Assembly: GCA_027858345.1 (NCBI GenBank)
Contig: JAQICX010000252.1
Location: 5,297 to 69,296, forward strand
Length of the DNA: 64,000 bases
Direction of reading: 5' to 3'
Source: Kiritimatiellia bacterium
Lineage (GTDB): Bacteria > Verrucomicrobiota > Kiritimatiellia > JAQICX01
Under the pieces are notes generated by a model. That model did not search any database. It saw only the letters and a program-made list of their open reading frames with translations, and was not told the DNA's origin. Made by a program: the position numbers and the translations under genes. Positions 58,609 to 64,000 of the stretch are shown piece by piece. How positions within the stretch are numbered: position 1 is the first letter of the stretch; every line of letters begins with the position of its first letter.

Positions 58609-60696
58609 ATGAATAAGGATGAAATGGAAAAAATAAATTTTAAGGACAATCCGCTTTTTAATTATAAGCAAATGCCGGCATTTGACGTCATAAAACCAAA
58701 ACATGCAGAGGAAGCAGTTCCAATTCTTTTGGAAACAGCAACTGAAAAATTTAAGGAACTTGAGGAGTCAAGTGTTTCGGATTGGCAGGAATTGTTTGGT
58801 TCATTACAGGATTTGGAAGAGCCTGTTGATTATGCATGGGGAATTGTCGGGCATTTTATGTCTGTTATGAATAGTGATGACTGGCGTGCCGTTCATGAAA
58901 AGCTGCAACCTGAAGTTGTACATTTTTCTCTTATGTGCGGTCAGAGCAAAAGTCTTTATAAAAAGATGGTTGACATTGCTGAAGGTGAAGAATTTGATGG
59001 GTTGACCTCTGCACAGAAACGTATTCTTGAAAGTTCTCTGCGGGGAGCGAATTTCAGTGGTGTTGGGTTAGAAGGTGATGATAAGGAAGCTTTTAATGTA
59101 ATACAAAAAGAGCTTTCTAAAAGGTCAACATCGTTCTCAAATAATTTGCTTGATGCAACAAATGGTTTTTCTATGCTGCTTAGAGATAAAACTGATGTTA
59201 AAGGTTTGCCAGTTTCTCTATTGGAATCTTCTGCAGTTGCGGCCGTTCGAAATGGTCATGATGGCGCCACTGCTGATCAAGGTCCTTGGGTAATTACTCT
59301 TGATGGCCCATGCTTTACCTCGTTTATGAAGTTTTCAGAGAATGCGCAATTGCGAGAAAAACTTTATCGTGCATATGTTACAAAGGCATCTTCTGGGAAA
59401 AGTGATAACAGACAAAATATTGTTGAAATTCTTAAGTTGAGAAGAGAGAAATCGGCACTTTTGGGATTTAAAAATTATGCAGAGCAAAGCGTTGCTTCAA
59501 AGATGGCTCCATCTGTGGAAGCCATTGAAGGGCTTTTGGAAGATTTAAGGAGTGCCTCTTATCCTTATGCAGAAGATGATTTTTCAGAATTGAATGCTTT
59601 TGCAAAACAAGATGCAGGTGTTGAAACACTTTTGAATTGGGATATTCCGTATTGGAGTGAGAAGCGTAAAAAAGCTCTTTATGATTATAATGAAGAAGAT
59701 TTGCGACCATACTTTCAGTTTTCCAAGGTGTTAACAGGGATGTTTGAACTTGCTGATAATATTTTTGATATAAACATTGAAAGTGCAGATGGAACGGTTG
59801 CTGTTTGGCATGAAGACGTGAAGTATTTTGTTGTTAAGGATGCTGCAGGCAAGATGATTGCATCATTTTTTCTTGATCCATATGTTCGACCTGGTTTGAA
59901 ACGAGATGGAGCCTGGATGAATTCTTTGTGGGGGTTGGATATGAAAAAGCCTGAAGTTCAATTGCCTGTTGCATATATTGTTTGTAACCAGAGTAGACCT
60001 ACAGAAACAAGACCTTCTCTTATGACTTTTTCAGACGTAAACACTATTTTCCATGAGTTTGGACATGCCTTGCAGCACATGCTGACAAAGGTTGATGAAC
60101 CTTTTGCAGCAGGAATTAACAATGTGGAGTGGGATGCTGTGGAGCTCGCAAGTCAGTTTATGGAAAATTGGTGCTATGAAAAGGATGTTGCGACATCTTT
60201 AAGCTGTCATTTTGAAACAGGAAAATCTTTGCCGGATGAACTTTTTGAAAGGGTATATAAATCTAAAAATTATATGGCTGGGTCAGCGATGTTGAGACAA
60301 TTGTATTTTGGTATATTAGATATGAATCTGCATGATGCTGATATTGCTGATTATGATGATGTAATGAAAATCAAAAAACAAGCTGCCCAAAGTACGACAG
60401 TGATACCTCCCATTAAGAATGATAGATTCCTTTGTTCCTTTGGCCATATTTTTGCAGGAGGATATGCTGCAGGTTATTATAGCTATAAATGGGCTGAGGT
60501 TTTGTCTGCAGATGCTTTTGCAGCATTTGAAGAGGCTGGTCTTGATGATGAAGCTGCAATTTGGAAAGTTGGTTTGAAATTTAGAAATACAGTTCTTGCT
60601 TTGGGTGGAAGTGAATCGCCGATGGATGTCTTTGAGATGTTTAGAGGAAGAAAACCGAGTATTGATGCATTGCTGAGACATTCAGGACTTAAATAG
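58609..60696 (+). CDS. M3-family zinc oligopeptidase (oligopeptidase A/Dcp-like)
   Basis: 'HEFGHALQHM' zincin motif plus a downstream Glu. The length is about 690 aa. Confidence 0.85.
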   Translation: MNKDEMEKINFKDNPLFNYKQMPAFDVIKPKHAEEAVPILLETATEKFKELEESSVSDWQELFGSLQDLEEPVDYAWGIVGHFMSVMNSDDWRAVHEKLQPEVVHFSLMCGQSKSLYKKMVDIAEGEEFDGLTSAQKRILESSLRGANFSGVGLEGDDKEAFNVIQKELSKRSTSFSNNLLDATNGFSMLLRDKTDVKGLPVSLLESSAVAAVRNGHDGATADQGPWVITLDGPCFTSFMKFSENAQLREKLYRAYVTKASSGKSDNRQNIVEILKLRREKSALLGFKNYAEQSVASKMAPSVEAIEGLLEDLRSASYPYAEDDFSELNAFAKQDAGVETLLNWDIPYWSEKRKKALYDYNEEDLRPYFQFSKVLTGMFELADNIFDINIESADGTVAVWHEDVKYFVVKDAAGKMIASFFLDPYVRPGLKRDGAWMNSLWGLDMKKPEVQLPVAYIVCNQSRPTETRPSLMTFSDVNTIFHEFGHALQHMLTKVDEPFAAGINNVEWDAVELASQFMENWCYEKDVATSLSCHFETGKSLPDELFERVYKSKNYMAGSAMLRQLYFGILDMNLHDADIADYDDVMKIKKQAAQSTTVIPPIKNDRFLCSFGHIFAGGYAAGYYSYKWAEVLSADAFAAFEEAGLDDEAAIWKVGLKFRNTVLALGGSESPMDVFEMFRGRKPSIDALLRHSGLK

Positions 60697-60853
60697 AAGC
60701 TCGCAAGTGCGTAAATGCGTAAGTGCGCGAGTTATTCTGTTTTTCTCATACTCAAAAGAACAATTGGGGAACAGTTGCGGAGCTATTGCGGAACGATAGA
60801 CAAAAACACAGCGATTAAATTACGCACTTGCGCACTCTCGAACTTACGAATTT

Positions 60854-63439
60854 CTACGTTTCTTTTTTGGGAATCTCAAACTTGAATGTACTACCGCGGT
60901 TTTCACGGCTTGTGACACTTATTTTTCCGTCATGAGCTTCTATGGTTAGTTTGCAGAATGCAAGTCCTAAACCTATGGATGATTTTGCACGTGCTTTACC
61001 TTTTTTTGCACTTGCAAATTTTTCAAAGATTTTTTCTTGCTGGTCTTCTGGTATTCCGTGACCTGTGTCCACTACTTCACCAATGATTGAATCTTCACAG
61101 TCGTATGTTCTTACTGTTATTTTTGTGTTTTCATCTGATGCATGTATGGCATTATTGATTAAGTTAACACAAACTCTAAGGACTAATTCTTTGTCAAATA
61201 GGGCTGATGCTGATTCTCCATCAAATACAAGTCTAATATTCTTAGATATGCTTTGAATCTGCATATTGTTAATTGCTGCAAGAGCAATATTTTTCAGATC
61301 ATTTTTTTCTTTGTTTAATGGCATTTTGTCGTTTTCGAACTTGTTAATATCTAGTAGTGATTGAATCATTCTGTTAAGTGTCTGTGAACCTGATTTTGCC
61401 ATGTTTATGTATTTTGTGTTTTCATCGTCGATTTTCTCAGGGTCTATATATTTTTCTATAAAGTAAATTGCACCATCTATGACTGTGATAGGAGAACGCA
61501 TATCGTGGATTACCATATGAATTAGGTTATCCCGTAGTTCTTCCAGCTCTTCTAGTTTTGCATAGTTTTTGCGAAGTTCTTTTTCTCTTACAGATAGTTC
61601 ACCCTCTATTACTTTACGTCTTTTTATTTCCTTTGATAAAACCCTGTTCCAGATTGCAATCAGAAATATTATAACCGCAGTACTTAAGAAGATTTTCCAG
61701 AATAGAGAATAGTTAAACCCATGTTCATATTCAACAAACATCCATTTTCTATATATTGAGTTTTCTTCAGCTTCTGGAAGTTGGTTTAGAGCCTTGTTAA
61801 GTATATGAATGAAAATTGGCCAGTCATTTCGAGTTGCCATTCCTAATTTTAGTGTGTATTGTGTTTCCCCGATGATTTTGATATCATGATATTTGTTGTT
61901 ACTCAGACAGTAGTTACCCATTAGACTGTTACAGATGACAACATCAATTGTTCTATTTTCTAAAAGAGAAAATGCTTCTTTGACAGTTGATGTTTTTATT
62001 ATGTTAAAGTCTGGATAATCCTTTGCTATCAATTCATCTGTTCCATGACTTTTTGGAATGCCAATTTTTAGCGGTTGAAGGTTTATCATTTTACTGATAT
62101 GTGACATATCCTTCTTTCCAAAGATTACTATTTCACTTGTAAGGTATGGATGTGTGAAATTGAGGTGTTCAAGATTGTTTGTGGTTGGTGAAATTGCTGC
62201 ATATAGATCATATTCATATTTTTTTATTTCATTACGTGTTGAAGATGTATGTACTACAAATTTTATTCCTAATATATTTTCAATGGCATTTAAGTATTCA
62301 AAAGATATACCTTTTGGGGCACCATCTTTATCTAAAAACTCTATTGGCGGTGAGTTTTTGTTGTATACTACGTTTATTGTAGAATGTTCTTTTAACCAAT
62401 CCTGTTCCATCTTTGTTAGTTTGGTACTGAACCCAAGTGGCAAGTTAGACGTGCGACGGTTTTCCATTGTGTCTCGTGTATACTTTTTAGTGTCTCTTTT
62501 TTCTCCTCCGATATAGTTTTCAAGCGTCTGGTAGTATATGGAGTTTGAGTCTTTTTTCAGATCTCTTAAGCTGTTATCAATTTGTTCAAGGATGCGATAA
62601 CCAACATCTGAACCTTTTTTTACGGCAAAATGTAGAGTATTTGGGTTTAATATAATTGGAGTTGGGGACACATCAAAGTCTTTTTGATGACTGCCTGCAA
62701 ATATTCGGTCAACAATTCCTACGTCAACCTGCTTGCTGTCTATCAGCATCATAACTTCCTGGTCATTTTGAACTTCTGTAAATTGGCATGGAATACCAAG
62801 GTCTTTTAATCTTCTTTTTATATCTCGACTTCCATCGTTGTCAAAGGTTGTGCTTGTAATTGCAATTGTTTTCTCAGATAGATCCTGTAGTGATTTTATT
62901 AATATGTCACTTCTTGAATATGCAACCTTCCATGTTGTTATCAAAGGTTCCTTGGATAGGACAAAACGATTGTTGTTGTTTTCATGTTCTACAACATTGA
63001 TTAATAAATCAATCTTATCTTGTTCAAGATTTGCGATGCATTGTTCGCGAGTTGCTGGCACATAATCGATTATCCAGCCTTGTTCTTCGGCAATTGCATC
63101 TAAAATCTCAGGAAATAATCCGGCAACATATCCATATTCGGATGTAAACATTATTGGAATTGCTTCGTATAGTCCTATACGAACTACTCTTGTTTCAAGA
63201 TCAATGCTGCTTTTCTCAACTTGGATTGGTAACATTTCGGTAACATTTGTGTAGGGGAAAACTTCAGGCAAATGATTGTCAGCCTGCACTAATGATGGTA
63301 CAAGTGCAGTTATAATAATTAGTGTTAGTGGTATGGTTTTATTTAGCACTCTCATGATTATCCTCATAAATTTCTTATAACTTATATTATTATCATCATG
63401 TTGACAAGTTTTTTCTGAAAAAATTTGATGAATCCTCAA
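60854..63439 (-). CDS. sensor histidine kinase with two periplasmic SBP_bac_3-type binding domains, TM, HisKA and HATPase_c
   Basis: Signal/TM, then two about 230 aa solute-binding-like modules, then the TM 'FLSTAVIIFLIAIW', H-box 'HDMRSPI', and N/G boxes 'NLINNAIHAS' and 'DTGHGI...GLGLAFCK'. No response regulator is adjacent. Confidence 0.85.
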   Translation of the reverse strand: MRIHQIFSEKTCQHDDNNISYKKFMRIIMRVLNKTIPLTLIIITALVPSLVQADNHLPEVFPYTNVTEMLPIQVEKSSIDLETRVVRIGLYEAIPIMFTSEYGYVAGLFPEILDAIAEEQGWIIDYVPATREQCIANLEQDKIDLLINVVEHENNNNRFVLSKEPLITTWKVAYSRSDILIKSLQDLSEKTIAITSTTFDNDGSRDIKRRLKDLGIPCQFTEVQNDQEVMMLIDSKQVDVGIVDRIFAGSHQKDFDVSPTPIILNPNTLHFAVKKGSDVGYRILEQIDNSLRDLKKDSNSIYYQTLENYIGGEKRDTKKYTRDTMENRRTSNLPLGFSTKLTKMEQDWLKEHSTINVVYNKNSPPIEFLDKDGAPKGISFEYLNAIENILGIKFVVHTSSTRNEIKKYEYDLYAAISPTTNNLEHLNFTHPYLTSEIVIFGKKDMSHISKMINLQPLKIGIPKSHGTDELIAKDYPDFNIIKTSTVKEAFSLLENRTIDVVICNSLMGNYCLSNNKYHDIKIIGETQYTLKLGMATRNDWPIFIHILNKALNQLPEAEENSIYRKWMFVEYEHGFNYSLFWKIFLSTAVIIFLIAIWNRVLSKEIKRRKVIEGELSVREKELRKNYAKLEELEELRDNLIHMVIHDMRSPITVIDGAIYFIEKYIDPEKIDDENTKYINMAKSGSQTLNRMIQSLLDINKFENDKMPLNKEKNDLKNIALAAINNMQIQSISKNIRLVFDGESASALFDKELVLRVCVNLINNAIHASDENTKITVRTYDCEDSIIGEVVDTGHGIPEDQQEKIFEKFASAKKGKARAKSSIGLGLAFCKLTIEAHDGKISVTSRENRGSTFKFEIPKKET

Positions 63440-63599
63440 TTTTTCGGTTGATTCATTTTTTCAGGTTGAATTTGGAAAGCCATTTTTGCCCAAACAAGTC
63501 ACCTGCGTGACAGTAAATATAGAAAATGACAGGTGTTTTGCATTAGGATTAATGTCGTTTAGACCTTTTTTCATTATGTTCTTAGTTTTTCGGTTAAAC

Positions 63600-63650
63600 G
63601 GCTATATTCTTTTAATCAGCCACGGATTGACACTGATAAACACGGATTTT
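63600..63650 (+). promoter_or_regulatory. 'TCAGCCACGGATTGACACTGATAAACACGGATTTTGATT' motif (copy c)
   Basis: The same motif as at 31480-31545 (reverse complement) and 54590-54640. Confidence 0.4.
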
Positions 63651-64000
63651 GATTGTGTAAGCTGTTGTAGATAAGTTCTTTCTGCTTGTTTTTATGATTT
63701 GCCATTCCAATGCAACAGATCAAAACTCTAAATGGTTGGATTTTACTGATTATTACATTTATACTAAATTCTTCAAACTGCATTTTAATAAAATGGATCT
63801 TGATGATTATATTACTATGGATCATAAGACTATTGCTCTTGTCAGTGGTGGCGAAGGTTCGGATATATTCAAAGATTGGGCTAGTAGTGTTGATACTTAT
63901 TACTTCCCCACATATTTCCATGACCATCGTGATTGCTATAAATCATTTAAAAGCCAAGAATCTACTTCAATGCTTTTAGAATCCTTGTATGATAATGATG

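Noticed and set aside
1-64000. Search for a CRISPR array
   Set aside because: No run of 3 or more regularly spaced 24-48 bp direct repeats with unique spacers was seen. The abundant repeats are palindromic, irregularly spaced and of several families.
1-64000. Search for tRNA/rRNA genes
   Set aside because: No GGTTCGAATCC-type T-arm with matching acceptor stem and no rRNA-like conserved blocks were found. The structured GC elements do not fold as cloverleaves by eye.
63440-64000. ORFs 63486..63674, 63616..63927, 63710..63979 in the AT-rich window end
   Set aside because: They have extreme AT content and Ile/Leu/Asn-rich translations with no motifs. They are likely non-coding promoter-distal DNA, though a small membrane peptide cannot be excluded.

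Overview
This 64 kb window is a low-GC bacterial chromosome segment. Coding density is high, and the intergenic gaps are crowded with GC-rich, hairpin-forming repeats of several families (REP/BIME-like units with a GTAG/CTACAG box, 80-190 bp MITE-like elements, and a (CCTTAA)n microsatellite).

The housekeeping genes I can support are: deoC; an HD hydrolase; a standalone TrpB-like gene; a fused RpiB-SHMT; an FHA-MoxR / DUF58 / BatA-vWA-PA14 operon; a division and cell-wall block (murD, a LysM gene, ftsW); Lon; a cation/H+ antiporter fused to an EIIA-Ntr domain; a TIGR01212 radical-SAM protein fused to an MnmC-type methyltransferase domain; a LacI + glycoside-hydrolase locus (GH-A clan and GH43-discoidin); a Na/Pi cotransporter; AraD; an M3 oligopeptidase; and an orphan sensor kinase with two periplasmic binding domains.

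The most unusual part is a roughly 12 kb AT-rich accessory block at about 14.3-26.4 kb. It splits a yejA/oppA-like solute-binding-protein gene from its yejB-like permease gene. It holds a 1066 aa TSP3-repeat protein with a C-terminal GYSHGG alpha/beta-hydrolase (lipase-like) domain, possibly extended by an overlapping upstream ORF with a signal peptide. Downstream lies a tandem array of decayed or alternative C-terminal modules. Each module begins at one of two conserved junction motifs and is followed by a small secreted or membrane 'partner' gene. This is the classic polymorphic-toxin / orphan-CT-immunity arrangement, or alternatively a lipase / lipase-specific-foldase array.

Other accessory items: an AAA_21 ATPase + RloB-like (AbiL/OLD-type) two-gene defence candidate, followed by a G9 tract; and a pair of approximately 90% identical direct-repeat copies (one frameshifted) of an Avd-like four-helix-bundle + topoisomerase-type zinc-ribbon gene, flanking a DUF2339/DUF3999-like membrane gene pair.

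I found no rRNA, tRNA, CRISPR array, integrase or transposase gene.
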